This document shows, in pieces, positions 48,830 to 63,245 of a DNA stretch of 64,000 bases; the first letter of the stretch is position 1, and every line of letters begins with the position of its first letter. The position numbers and the translations under genes were made by a program. The notes under the pieces were generated by a model. The model searched no databases, was not told where the DNA came from, and saw only the letters and a list, made by a program, of their open reading frames with translations. The DNA comes from Eledone cirrhosa (lineage: Eukaryota): contig CAXHJY010000970.1 in NCBI GenBank assembly GCA_964016885.1, forward strand, positions 1 through 64,000. Reading direction: 5' to 3'.

Positions 48830-49500
48830 ACACAGGTTCCAGAGTTTTTTTCCCTATACTCATTCTTCCTTGTATGCATCACATCCCCAACAATACTTAC
48901 TCCTAGGAAAAATGATGATAGTATCCTTGACTCCTGCTCCTTTCTACACTGATGCACCATCCACATGTAACTTATGCCAAATCTGCAGTGTCTTCATGAA
49001 CAAAAACATCAAGAACATCCTCTAGTGTGGTCACATCAATCTTGTCTCCTTCAGCAACAAAAAACTCAAATCATAACATATCATAAAAACATCACCCCCT
49101 CCCTCAATAAATACTAACAGCATGTAACTATAACCCTCACTGTCACTCCAAATACTAAACCTGGCTATCATTGAAGATGTCTCTCAATGAACATATCTTT
49201 TTAACGTAAAATCTGCATTCTCAATGACTAGTATTTCTCTTTCGTATCCAAAAGCTGCATGCTGCATCAGCAAATGCACCGGAAAGCTGTTCATTTATCA
49301 GGATCACCAGAAAATACCTCAACTACTACCACCCTACTCACACCTCCGCACATAGCTCAGGTGATACGCACAATTGAGTACTGCTTCCACATCTGGGACA
49401 GTAAAGCTGCTTCACACACAGGTATCCTCAACTGTATCCAGAGAAGGGCTACTCAACTGATTAACATGTAGTCACAAACACATTCTGACTTCCAGCTAAC
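48830..49500 (+). pseudogene. Ancient degenerate CR1/Jockey-group LINE RT relic
   Basis: AQVIRTIEYCFHIW...LNCIQRRATQLI resembles the LEYC..W...L..IQRRA.R.I C-terminal RT motif; boundaries approximate. Confidence 0.6.
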
Positions 49501-51278
49501 AAATGTGTTGTTTTCTCTCTCTGTAAATTTGGCAGTCATTAGAATGTCAGAGAGATGTTTTGTGGTATTTATTTTGGCTCTCTACACTCTGAATTCAAAT
49601 CCTGTCGAAGATGTTTAACTGGGCAGCATTTTAGGACTTTTGCCTCAATATTTATAAAGATCCTCTTAGCAAGCCAACTGCTGTTTGGAAAACAAGAGTT
49701 TGCAAGCCAAATGATACAAAAAGGATATTTTGATTTTTTTTTTTTTTTTTATTTTTTTTTATTTTTTTTTTATTTTTTTTTTAAATTTATATGGCTGCTT
49801 TGTAGGCATTGCAATGGTGTGTTTGCATATGTGTGAATTATTTCCCATGTTATAGACTATCCTTCTTTATCTGTATAGTTTAGCAGAGTTGCATACAATC
49901 ATTTGAGCTTTTGTTGTGTGGTATGTGAAGAGTCATATCAAGAAGGGTGCTGCCACTCACCTCTTTCTCTACCTTGGTTGGGTCAGAGGTGATGTGCATT
50001 TGCCTGCAGGTGGTCATCAGCATAAGCTTTTATATCCTCACACCAGATGTTTATGCCCAAGTGATTGCAGTAGCGAGAACTCCACAAAAATACCAAATAA
50101 TCTGGAAGTGGTGTTAAACCTACTGCCTTCTTAGGCCTATTTATTGATACAAACACTGGAGAAGTTATCTTAGTACTCAGAGACCAATCTTCCTTCATTT
50201 GATCATTTTTATTTCAGTTTGATCAAGCCTTTAACTACAAAGTCATGTCTTTCTTAAAGTGGTTCTTTTCCTGAGAATAAATTATGCATTTACAATGTTG
50301 CAAGGATAGGTCTCTAAAAAAAACAAAATAAAAATAAAAAAACATTTTAAAAAGAATGTGAGTGAAGGAAATGATTGATACTTTTTTGGAGGCTATTGAT
50401 GCTGAAATATTTTCCTATTGATACCTAACAAGGAAACAGCGCTTGGCTTTATGATATAAGGTTGTTTATTTTAAAGTTTAAATTTATTTAAAACCCCCCT
50501 CCCCCTTAATTTTATGTAAAAAACTTTGTTCCAAACACCAGCTTGATAATGAGAAAGCTACTTGTTTTACTAAATTCCTCCAAATTCTTTATTATTTTCA
50601 AAATTATTTGACTGTGTCTTTCATTAGAAATATAGTAACAAAGTCCAACTCCTACATCATTGTTGTGTGGAAGTGGAAATGCTGGATATTCCGAGTAGGC
50701 TAACAGGGGCTCTAGTGAAGTCTTGAGGCTCGATTAGTCTTTGGTGGATTAAACCAATCGCAACTACTCAGCCACACAGGGTACTGAATGATAAAATATA
50801 CCCTACATGTAAACAAATTAGAACTTCTAAACTTGGCCAAGGTTACTATTGATATAAGTTATTTTCCTCTCCACATTTTTTTATGAACTTCCTTCATTCC
50901 AAAATTATAGAATGTTTATTATAATATTAATGAGAAGATACTATTGTATTTATTCCTTAATGTAAAGAAAGTGTCTGTTGATAAGTGTTATGAAGTTATG
51001 GGCTTCTTTTTGTTTTTGTTATTGGTGTATAATTTACCTTATATTTTCTTCAGAGATAAATGTAGGCAGCAGGGGTGATACTGATGAGATAAGTAAGCTT
51101 CTAGGAAAGAAAAAAAAACTTTCCCCACTCCATCCAACCCCCATCTACTAGTTGCTGATGAATAGCATCATAGTACTGCAAAAACATTTTTATTGGCTAG
51201 GTGTGCTGCTGTGTGAAGTATGTATATCTTTTACATTTTCGGCAGTTTCACATGCCTGCAAAGTACCGATGATAAGCA

Positions 51279-51292
51279 GTTACCATAGCAAC
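51279..51292. promoter_or_regulatory. RFX X-box motif GTTACCATAGCAAC; further half-sites at 51449-51465
   Basis: Fits the consensus GTNRCC-N(0-3)-RGYAAC. Confidence 0.45.
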
Positions 51293-52037
51293 AAGGCGTG
51301 TTTGCTTGCTCATCTTAATATCAAGGGCATCTGTTTTGTAGAAGATCTGAGTAACTGTTTGGCAAGCTTGTCAAAGCCTATTTTTGGAAGAACCTGTGAA
51401 CAGCAGATTTCTTCCACAGCACATTGCTTTCTCCCTTTCTAACAGGGGATGGCAACCATAGTAACATGCATGGATATAAAATACTTGAAATTTTGTCACA
51501 ACTAAATGTCTAAAAACTATTCAAATCAGAGTTTTCTGTATATTTCTTTCAAAGTTTACTATTCACACCTGCCTTTTTAATACTGACATTGATATATTAC
51601 TTGCTAATGTATTATTATGGGGGGGAATTTTCTATATATATGTGTTTTTTTACTTGAACTTTAAAACTGAACAAATATACCAGTATACTGCAATTAAGAA
51701 CTTATCTACAACCACTGGATTTGGTTTACAAACTTCAAGGTTTACCAATAATTTAAAGGAAAAGGAATCTAAAAAAAATTGTATGTGACCATTACTTAAA
51801 GCACAGTCAGCTTCTCTTACTGTATTTAGCCATGATTAAATTACACCGGCCGTAACACCCTTGAGATTCTCTGTAGAAAGTCTGAATGTTATCATAATAA
51901 ACCTGAAATATTTCCTATTCTAAGAATTGAAACAGTTTGAATGCAATTCAGTCTGTGCTAATGAAAAATGTCTAGATGAAGAATTTATTTCTTACAGTTG
52001 AGATATTCATGGTTCCATATATTTATGGTTCTTGCAG

Positions 52038-52110
52038 ATTGATATTTGGAACATTATATCCAGCATATGCCTCCTACAAGGCAGTCCGGACCAGGAATGT
52101 AAGAGAATAT
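52038..52110 (+). CDS. REEP: Internal 73-bp coding exon (exon 2 equivalent) of a REEP1-4 subfamily (DP1/Yop1 family) ER-shaping protein gene
   Basis: TTCTTGCAG acceptor, GTAAGT donor; encodes [24 protein letters not shown], matching the REEP1-4 N-terminus; phase 2 to phase 0, as I recall for vertebrate REEP exon 2. Confidence 0.92.
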
Positions 52111-52478
52111 GTAAGTATGTTTTTCGCCATTGCATTTTAAAAAACTAATTACCCTTTATTTTATTCTTTTGTTTTTAATTCTAAAAATTCCATGTTTATA
52201 GTATATATTAAAAAAAATTTTTTTTTTTTTCTTGGATATAAAATAAATTCTTTTTTTAAGTAGATTCTGTTGATTCCTACTTATATACATAAACAAACAT
52301 TACAAGCAGATACATGACACACACCTATATATACATAGGCATGTATATATGCATATAAGACTCTCTGTAATCGTATCTCTGTATTTGTCTTTTTTTATCT
52401 TGATACATACATATAGTAGAAGTCAACTCGTGTCTGAGTATGATCACTTCTTAGAAAAAAAATGTGCGTGTGTGTGTG

Positions 52479-52543
<65 letters not shown>

Positions 52544-55500
52544 TCGTTTTTATGTAGTTTTTCCATGCTTGCATGGGTTTGATGGGTCCTTTTCAGCACT
52601 GCATTTCTACATATTGTCACCCTTTGCCATCTCTACTGTGTGTATCCACACACACACACACGTAAATAAATGAGCTTCTACACAGTTTCCGCCTCCGAAA
52701 TTCCACTCAAGGCATTAATCAACTAAACGCTATATAGTAAAATACATTTGCCCAAGATAGCATGGTGTGTGATTGAACCTGAAACCGCATGTTTGCAAAA
52801 TGAACTCTTTAACCACACAGCCATGTTCAGCCTATAGAAAATAAATTCCTGCAAATCAACCATATAGGATCTGAACCCAGAATAATCTGGTTCCATTATT
52901 GGAATTATTGATTCTAGACTTATATGTTATGAGGTTTTCTATTCCTGAAATTTTTATATTGAAAAAGAATCCTACATAATCAAGTGTTTGAGTGCACTAT
53001 CCTAAATATATGGGCTAAAGTTGCATTTGTAAAGATTTAGCAACTGTTCCTGGCTGAAATGTGTATGCGTATGCATATATATATATATATGTATATTGAC
53101 AGTCGATCGACTTTCGTTAAATCAGACCGAGGAAACTGTTTCTATTGGTCTTTCCAATTGCTAAATATATATATATATATATAGGGCCGGCCCGCCTAGA
53201 ACCAACCTTAACCACTGGCCCCTCATACCATAAAAACTTTGGAGTTGTTTGAGGTTGTTTTTTTTTAAATATTTTTTACCATCAGACGAGCTCGGGCCAA
53301 GAGATTGGGTAGGAATAGCACTACCTAGGACGTCGATCCCAGCGAAATATATATAGATATAGAAATAAACTTACACACAACTGCATATCGCCTTTGCTGT
53401 ATTTAATGTTCTATACACGTGTGTGTGTGTGTGTGTGTTATCCTGAAGAGGAAACTCCACTTTTTCTAAATGCAGTACTAGTTATTAGATAGTCTGATCA
53501 TAAGTGCAGACATGGCTGTCATTAAAGAGTTGAGTTTAATGGAGATTTGGCTGCTATTTCTAGTAGGTCACGTGACCATGTAGAGGTTCTCTCATTGGCT
53601 TGTTTGTCTAAGTGTGTAGGTGCATATAGGGAAACCCTGTGAAGGGGAAGCAAGGGAGAACTGGTGTTGTATATGCATGGATGTCAGTTGTTGGTGTCAG
53701 TGATCAATGCTGTTAACTTTGTTGTTACCATATTTCTAATGAAATATGCTGCCTGTGTGACACCTTGGGCACATGTTGACCAATTCTTTGCAAGTGGGAT
53801 TTGGTAGGTTTTTGTGTTACATTTACTGTTTGTTTATGTCTTGTCACTTAACAGTTTGACGAAAAGAGATTGATAAAATAGGTTCCAGGCTTGAAAAAAA
53901 GAATACTGGGGTTGATATGACTAAATTTCTTCAATAAGGTCTCTGCATGGCCAGTCTAATGACTGAAACCAGTAAAGGATTCTCCAAGTTTATTTTTAGG
54001 CATATAAGGGCATTGGATGGGCAGTATTACCTTTCATCTTCCTGGGAGTTGATAATAAAAAAAGCACCAGTCAAGTACTGGGGTTGATATAATTGACTTT
54101 CAGTCCTTTACCCCAAATTACTGGCCTTGTGGTAATTTAAAAAAAGAATTATTGAAGGTGTCTGTGATCAATACTGTTAAAACCGTTTTGTTACCATATT
54201 TCTAATGAAATATGCTGCCCATGTGTTTTAATTCATTTTGAAAATAACCAAATACTTGGAGTTTGGTAAAATATTTTTTTCATTAGTAAACTGATATTTA
54301 GAAAATTGCTTAAGAAACATTTCTAAAATAAAATTATATGAGGATAAGTATCATATTTGACAGCTTATATGATGCACTTTTTTCTTCAAAATGTCTCAGA
54401 AATTTCTCCTGCATTTTATAAGGTCATGGGTCACTTTGGGTTACTGGCTAGTGGAGTTCTAGTGCTGCAGTAGCCCTTGAATTAAATTTTCACACTTCCA
54501 TATCTTTTAAAAATTTACTAAAATATTACTATTAGAATTACGATGTAGAATGATAAAAAAAAATACGATATACAAACTTTATACCCGTCACATAACATTT
54601 ATAGCTTAAACCCATTTATTTGGTTTTTTTTTTAAATACCTGCATAAATTGAGGTGCATCTTATAAGCCGTCAAATATGGTATTTTAAAATGAGAATTTT
54701 TGTATCATAAATCCAGGGGAGTTTCAGGCAATTTGTTATTAAAAATATTAAGGGGGGGGAAAAAAAGAATGACTGAGTCACTCCATAATTTATAGAATAT
54801 GGTTTTGTGAAAACTTTATTAACATATGGTGTAATGAAGTAACCTGTAGAACATTTTTCAATGTTGGTGATTAGTGTTGGGTGGAAGTTATAGGTAGGAG
54901 TGTTACCTAAATATCTGCATGTCAGGCATGGTTTACAATTTCACAGCTACAACTTCACATTAGCTAAAATTACTTAATAGCAAGTCACTACTGATGTGTT
55001 AAATAGGGTACCTTTACAGAATTTGTATTGCTAAGGAGGAAAACACTGACTGTCAAAGTTGTGTTAATAGTTTATCATTTATGATCTGTGTCACTTTAGA
55101 AATGGTGGATGTTAGAGTATTTATTCAACTGTTATTTGAAGGGGTTTAGAAGTTGCCTCTTCTGGAAATGGAACCCTCAATTGTCTGATTCCTTATTTAG
55201 GGAAAAGATAAAAAAGGATGTAGTTTTATCGAGAACACAATGTTTCAGGTGATGTCGCGAGTATCATCAAGGTGTGTCATATTCACCTTTAGCCATCAAT
55301 TCTTTCACTTGGTGATTTCAGTCTTGTTTATTTGAATAAAAAATATTTACAACCCATAATTTTTATTCATGATGAATAAACAAAAAAAAAATGTTTTTTC
55401 CGGATTGGCATTAAAATATATTTCAGATACTTGTCTGGCAGGTGACTAGATCTGAAACCGTGTGTTAAAACTAAAACAGCTACTGTGTTGAAGTGTCATT

Positions 55501-58500
55501 TTAGCCATTTAGAAACACACAAAATTGTTATATCATTTATTTTTCGGTGTCAAAATTTTTGTTGCACTGTCTGCGACCTGGTCACTGGCAGTCTCATAAG
55601 AATGTCAAACAGAATGCCTTGAGACTTTGCTCTAATTTTTGGCACTGATTTCAAATTCCACCAGGTAAACTTTGCTTTCATTCTTCGAGAGCTATTGAAT
55701 AAAATATCAGTCAAGTATTAGGGTCAGTTGTTCTTTCTCAGCTGTTTTCATTCTCTGGAATATAGCAAATGTTGAAACAGGGAATAAAAAATTGCTGTGT
55801 TACTAGAATTACCCAAAGATGGACTGATGAACAGAAATAATGAAGAAGAAAGTATTTATATTAAATCTGTTTAACATCTATTTTTTTTATGCTTGCATTG
55901 GTTAGACAGGTTGTCACACTCTGTGGCTAAACTGGTCAGATGATTATATCTTGCTCATATATTCTGTTTTTGGTTTGGTTTCTATGGATAGATGCCCTTC
56001 CTAATGCCAACCACTTTACAGTGTCTACTAGGAGCATTTTATCATTACTGCAGGGTGGAATGGGTGTTTTTTTTTGTCATGTCATCAGCACTAACACAAC
56101 AAAAAGCACCCAGTTCATCCTGTATGGTGTTGGAGTCATCTAGAATACCTTGCATGCATGCACAGTCGCGTTACTCCTGAGGGAGTCATAGGGGCGTCGT
56201 ATTGACATGTGGTATTTTTAGGGCATTTAAAAAAAACCTGGTGGAGCCCATCTCCTTTCCAGGTCTGAACACACCAGATTTCTTCCAGAGAGAGGAAAAT
56301 CAACCCCAGTACTTGACTGGTACTTTTTCATCCACCCAGAATGAATGAAAGGCAAAGTGACCTCATAGAATACCGTGATAGCTTATCAATTAATGATATA
56401 AACATACAGTAAATTTTGCCTTTGTAATAACTATATGCTGTTATACTTTTGATATTGGTGTGCTACCTGATTATGATGGCAATTACAAAAATTTAAGCTT
56501 CTTATTATTTCTCATAAAACTCATTTAGTCTCAAAAATGTATTTCATAACTAGATTCATAATTATTGATTGTGGGATTGATTAATTGAATTCTTTCTATC
56601 AAATTACCTGACAGTGTTGTTGCAATGGAAAGTTACATTAAATATCATCGGCAGCTCATTTTATGTTATAATTGCTTTCCTTTCATTTCAATATTCATGC
56701 ACTTCTCAAATAAATTTGAAAATACTGTATCTGTTCATTATCTGAATCTTGAGAGCATGTTAACACTTATTTTAAATATCATTAGCATTTGATGTTAGCC
56801 AAAAAGAAATAAACCCAATTAATTCATTTTACACTTTATACTTTAAGTTTCTGGATCTACTTAAAATGCATGTATATGTAGATCCTGATGGATCCTGAAG
56901 GTATTTCAAATTTGTCAGAGACCATCATCTCTCCAGGTTTAAACACTGGCAATTCTTCCAGAGAACTGTGTGTATGCAGCTTAGAATAAGTACCCTGTAT
57001 CCGGCTTGTCACAAAAAGTAACTAACAGGGTTAGTGTTAGAAAGGGCATCCAGCTGTAAAACATTGCACAGAAAAATCAACATAAAAATGATGGTCAAGA
57101 TGATAATAGGGAAGGGGAAAAAGATATAGAGGAAGAATTGACCACTACTGGACTGGTATTTTTTTAATTGACCTCGGATTGATGAAAGGCAAAGTTGACC
57201 TTGGCAGATTTTGAGCACAGAGCTAGAATCAGTACTGCAAAGCATTCTAACGCTCTAATGACTTTGTCAATATGTTGTCTGCTTTAAAATAGACAAGCAT
57301 ATATTTATATATATGTATATATCTATTTGCGTGTATAACTTTTTTTTTTATGTAATTAGGTTGTTGGGATATAAAAATAGTTGAAACTTTTAGTAACATA
57401 ATTCAATTTCATTTTGAAATTGACAAATTTCTCATAATGGAGTGAATTTTAAGTATTTTTAATTGTAATGAAGAGATTTCATTAGTACCTTACTCTGCAA
57501 TTGAATTCATTTTGCTGCTCATATCCATGTTGCTTATTCAAATTGGCATTAGGAAAAGCATCTAACCATTGAAACCAAATGAAAACCAGTCCTGTATGAG
57601 CAAGACACAGTCATCTGATCTGGCTTGTTTCGTAATGGGACAGCTTTTCTAACCCATGCTAGCGTGAAGAAATGGACATTAAATGATAATGATGATGGTG
57701 TATCATCATGCTTATATTTGGCTTGAAATTTATTGATATCGATTTCCATTTCTGAATATAGCTTGAAATTCTAAAATATACATCTTCACAAAGATAGAGA
57801 TAATTGCAATCTTGAACTGCTTTGAAATGACTTCCACTGAATATGCTGACTGGATGCATTGCCTAAATTGTGATAGAATCAGTAGAGCTTCAGACAAAAT
57901 AGCTACATTGAAGTATTTAGTTACATCCTATTATTTCTAACTTCATATCCCATCTGTGTCCACTCAGCCATTCCGTCTTCTTGGTTGGGTTTAATTGACT
58001 ACCTTCTTCAGAATTTGTGTCCTTGCACCACTACTAGAAATCATTCTTTCTAATTCCAATTGATTTATTTAGCTTCCAGCAACCGACTGACAGTTTAGTA
58101 TTCATCATATTCATATTCCTGCTCAATTTCTTTCATTCAACTACTGGATTTCTAGCAACTTCAGTTTTTATTGATTTTACAATTACCAACACACAGGAAT
58201 CTCTAAGTGCATTTATCAGAGCAGAATGTTAACCCTTTTGATAGCAACCCATCTGAAACCACCCCTGGTTCTAACAAAACAAAAAGAACAACATTATTTT
58301 GGTACTTATAGTCATCTAAAATTCTCCTATCATAATTCTATGTAAGAACATTTATTATTGAGTTATGCTCCAAGCAACACCTTAATAGTGTCAAAGTATG
58401 TCATATTATTAACTCTTTCAAAATTATAGGCAGGGCCTTTTATTATAAATATGGTAATAAAATATTGCTAGTTCCAATTCTACAAACATGTTCATACTTT

Positions 58501-59673
58501 AACTTGTTAGTCTTCATAAGCCCCATTATTTTCTTTTACTTTCAAGCTTCATCAAACTTTGTCAAAGGCTTGCTATAGGGCTTTTGAGTCAAACTATAAT
58601 TATATGACACTTTTACTTCTAGGAAAATTACATCTGTTTTTATTCATTAACCTTGTTAAATAAAAAGGGCTCTGTGTGCCAGCCATCTTAGTTCAGTCTT
58701 ATTTTAATCCTGTTAAGATAGAGCCTCTATACTGCCAATAAATGTTACATGTCTATTGGTTTTAGTTTAACATCTTGTACCATATGAAACTGCATTTGCA
58801 AGACATTCTCAAAAGGCGTAAAGCAGCACTATGGCTTGCTTCATATTAAACATTTTACAATGATTTATCCACTAATAAATTCATTACAAACATTTGAATT
58901 AATCTGCCTGTTTAGATATTTTCTGCAAAATGATTTCAGGATGTTAAGAGTTAAGCTATTAGTTGATTATTTTTACTTATGAAAAAGAAATGTTGAGATG
59001 TAAATGATTATAGATAATCTTTACTGATGATTGTTAGCTGTGCAACTAACTTTACTCCTATTAAATTTGAAGCTTAAGAATTCATTGAATTCTTTAATTT
59101 AAGATATTTTCATTCACAAGCTATATTATAACTAGCTATACTGACACCACATCTGTGAGTATATGAAAAAAAGCAAAAAAAGAAAAGAAATAAAAAGTTT
59201 GTAAATTACTTGACCTATTAATATAGTGTCCAAATCTTTTTTTCTCAAACAAATAGCTACTATCTCAAGTGTTGAAACAATGAGTTACATACAATTCTAA
59301 GATTCCCTGAGGTCAACTGGCCAACTCATTAATTGACACAAGTGAATAGTAAGATTTAATCACAATTAGCTTGCTGAATTTCATACTGAGACTATATCTA
59401 ACAGTCTTCTTGTTTATTTTCATGGCTTAATTCTTACCAAAGCCATGTAAAAAATGTAAATTATATTAGGTACTGGTGCCATAACAAAAAGCATTCAATC
59501 CTCTTTGTAAAAAGGTTGTCATTAGGAAAGGCATTCAGCTGTAGAAAACCAAGCCAAAAGCAGAACGTGGTCACCTCGTCTATCTGGCTTCATAATATGA
59601 CAGCCCATTTAACCTATGTAAGAATGGGAAATAGATGTTAAAGAGTGATGGTGGTGATAGGTATGTTGTTAGG

Positions 59674-60245
59674 TCATCATCATCGTTTTTATGTCCGCTT
59701 TGCCATGCTTGCATGGGTTGGATGGGTCCTTCTCAGCATGGCATCTCCACACGCTGTGATCCTTTGTAATCGCCTCTGTAAGTCTCAGTGATTTGAGGTC
59801 AGCTCTCACAACCTTTGCCCAGGTCTTTCTTGGTTTACCTCTACAGTGACTTCTTTCTACAGGCATTTCCTGGCACTTCTTCACCCAACGATCATTGTCC
59901 ATGTGCATCACATGTCCAAACCAATGCAGTATTCTTTCCCGCACACCAGCTCGAATTCTTCTCAAACCCAGATTCTCCTTCAACTCGTCCAAGCTCTGCC
60001 TTTCTCTCACACTTACGTTGCACATCCAATGGAGTATGGTTGCTTCATTTCTTTACAGTCTATGCACATCCTCCACAGTCATAGACCATGTTTTTCACTA
60101 CAATGCAGCATTGCACTTCGCACACAGGTGTCATATAGTTGTCTTTTTGTATGTAGGGAGAAACCTTTTGTGGTTAACAGTGAGAGTAGCTCTCTGAACG
60201 TTTCCATCCTATACTTATTCTAGCTATTATGCTCTCAGAGCACCC
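59674..60245 (-). mobile_element. Degenerate RTE 3' fragment (same superfamily as RTE-1 and the 39782 fragment)
   Basis: VRERILHWFGHVMHMDNDRWVKKCQEMPVE..GKPRKTWA plus RTE 3' tail. Confidence 0.85.
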
Positions 60246-62709
60246 ATGCTAGCGTGGAAGATAGACGTTAAATGATGATGATGATGATGATTGCCTAGAT
60301 AGAAGCTATCAACCACTTCTCTGGGTCCTTCCTGTGACTGGAATAGGCTTACATCACTGATCACTGTTTATTTTCCTCCAATTACCCCTTGCATCCTCCA
60401 GAAAGTCTTCCCTTCTTGTTAGCTTACTTGTTATCCCACTACATCTCTTGTGTACTGAAGATTTACATTGTCTACATCATAGTGTTGGTGATCTACATAA
60501 TAAACGCATCCAGTACACACTGTAAAGTGGTTGGTGATAGGAAGAGCATGCAGCTGTAGAAAGCTTGCCAAACAAAGGGTTGGGAAGACCCTTCAATTGC
60601 GTCAAAGACAACAACCTCTTCTGTGTATACAGTAGAATGTGAGACTACATAAGCAAAATGCAATCCCCTGGTCTGTATGGGAGGTCAGTAGTCCCGCTTC
60701 AGTATTGACATGGTCTATGTAGTCCCATTCAACCCCTGCTGGCAGGGAAAGCAGACATTAAAACAATGATGATATTAAGTTATTGTGTTTCTTTACCATA
60801 TTACATAACAAATCCAGAAGGGAAAAAAATCATCTTTTTAAATGGGATTATCATAAAGACAATCTGAAATTTCCATTGATAGGAAAATTTTAAGTTGTCA
60901 TCAATAGTTCTAGTTTTGAAAATGGTTTTTATTAAGAACTACTCCATACTTTATTTTCATGAAGAATTTTCACTCCCCCAGTAACATAGACATTAAAGAA
61001 AATTATTCAATCAAAATTATTTGGCTTGTATGCATTTTATAATCCATGTCCATTTTTTTTCTTTTGATTGGGAGAGGGGATCTCTCTTTATTTCATTTTC
61101 ATCAGAAATTATCCTTTTCAACATTTCAGCATTATCACCGAGGTCAACTTTGCCTTTCCTCCTTACGGGGTCGATAAAATAAAGTACCAGTAATGTACTG
61201 GGTAATTGCTGGCCCTGTGCCAAAGGTAGAAATAATTATTAGCCTGTCAAATTGATTTTTTTTTATTTATTTATTTATTTATTTTTATTTTTTTTAAATC
61301 TAAGTAATCTGTTGTTTTCTCTCTTGTGTCCTAAGCCTCTTCTGATTTTTAAGCTTATTAGTAAAAATTATGCAAATTATTGACCTAAATATATTATAGC
61401 TATGATTGTTGAACTGTTTCCTCTTTCTCAAGGTAACAACATTCTCAATGATAGACAATATTTTCAGTTTCTACCCCATGTTCCTACAGTATAGAACAAA
61501 ATAAGTTTTTATTTAAAATTAAAGTTTGATATTTGAATGAAAATGTTTAGTGTATATGTTTAAGACAAGTTTCAATTAAATCTCCATTGATATATTTTTC
61601 TTTTTTGCCCACTTATTCCTAGGAGGGTCGTTGGGACAGAGTCCTCAAACACTCTTTACAGCCGGTCCTGTCAGAAACAACCACCTCCAATTGATCCGGC
61701 TGGATCCCCATTCTCTTTTAAATTATTTTGAAATATTTTTCAAACTAAGGCCCCTATACAACCATATGTGAAAAGAGAAACAGAATTTCTATTTTCCTAG
61801 TCTTGTTAGATTTAAGCATTCATTAATATTGAAATATCTATTTTAGTCACTATTAGCGTCAGCTTAGCACTATCATTGTCAACACCACCACCATCATTAT
61901 TGCCACCTCTACCATTAATGTTATCGCAATCACCACCACCATCATGTGCTTGCACTAGTGTCTGTGGAATCAGCATTCTCTACCTTCTTCTGGTCTTAGT
62001 CATCTCATCAAGTTATCTTATCTCACCTCATTTCATGTTTACCTTGGCTTCTAAATTCGTTTGCATCTAAAAGCAACCTGCAGAATTTTTTTCTTTTTCT
62101 TTTTAAACAGAATAAACTCTTATTTCATCTAGTAAAAGGGAATGTTTCTTTTGCCTCTTTCTTCTTTCTTAAAAAGTTAAACAAATTTAAAGCATTACAT
62201 GTTCTTTATCTTGATATAGAGATAGCTAGAATATCTTCACTGCATGTATGTGTGGGTCTGTGTCTGACATTTTAAAGTAAATGTTTGCAACTAATAAATG
62301 TTACATGTTTAAGTACTCATAATATTTTCTAAATAGTTCTTTACTCTAATCTGATGTTATTATATGGTTATGCAGCTTTACTGTATTTTGTAAACTGTTC
62401 TTGGGGATTAATATTTATATTAAATATAATGAGGTTAGATCTATGAAGCTAATTTTCTAAAACTTAAAATGCACTAAGTCATATTAAATTCCATTATATT
62501 GTTTAACAATATTGAGGAAAAATTGATATATTCTGTTTTAATTTTTAATTGATCATATTTAATCATTCACCAGCTGTGTGGATGTGTATTTTAATCTCAT
62601 AATTTTAAAATTATTTATAAAAAAGGCAAAAGCCAAAACATAGGAATTTATTTGTTCAGATGTTATTTAAAAAGGTTACTCTGGTGATGATGTAGATTCA
62701 TTATCAATA

Positions 62710-62815
62710 ATTCCGCCAAGGTTAACTTTGCCTTTCATCCTTACGGGGTCGATAAAATAAAGTACCAGTAATACACTGGGTAATTGCTGGCCTTGTGCCG
62801 AAAGTAGAAACAATT
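62710..62815 (+). mobile_element. SINE relic of an abundant family; near-identical copy at 61138-61235, others at ~45215-45315(+), 54028-54135(+), 55650-55725(+), 56295-56365(-), 57145-57270(-), 63060-63190(+), 43530-43640(-)
   Basis: Shared core AGGTCAACTTTGCCTTTCATCCTTACGGGGTCGATAAAATAAAGTACCAGT. Confidence 0.75.
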
Positions 62816-63245
62816 ATCAATATTAATTTAACTAAAGGCCTTGTACACGACTGTCAGAAATCAGTATTAGATGTTACTCTCAATTTATGAATATTAAGCT
62901 TTAGCCACCAACAAATTTAATATAAAATTTATGCCAGTTTCTCATTTCTCCTTTGCTTTCCAGTTTGCTGTAACTGATAAACCTTATTTTTGTTTTGATA
63001 CCCACAAAATAAAATAATGGAAAGTTAGTTGGTTTTTTTCTTTCAATAATTGAATGTTATAGGTGGTGAATTGGCAGAGTTGCTAGAATATCAGATAGAA
63101 TGCTTTGCAGTATTTGTTTCAGCTCTGTAAGTTCAAATTCTGCCAAGGCCAACTTTGCTTCAATAAAAATAGTACCAGTCTAGTACTAGGAGTGATTCTT
63201 CCTCTATATCTCTTTCTCACTACCATTCCCTCATTCTCTATCTTT

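Noticed and set aside
51300-51350. LILISRASV as a possible REEP exon 1
   Set aside because: No in-frame ATG and no GT donor at the required phase
53443-53460. CTGAAGAGGAAACTCC hammerhead-like start
   Set aside because: No complete stem II, GAAA, stem III and stem I arrangement
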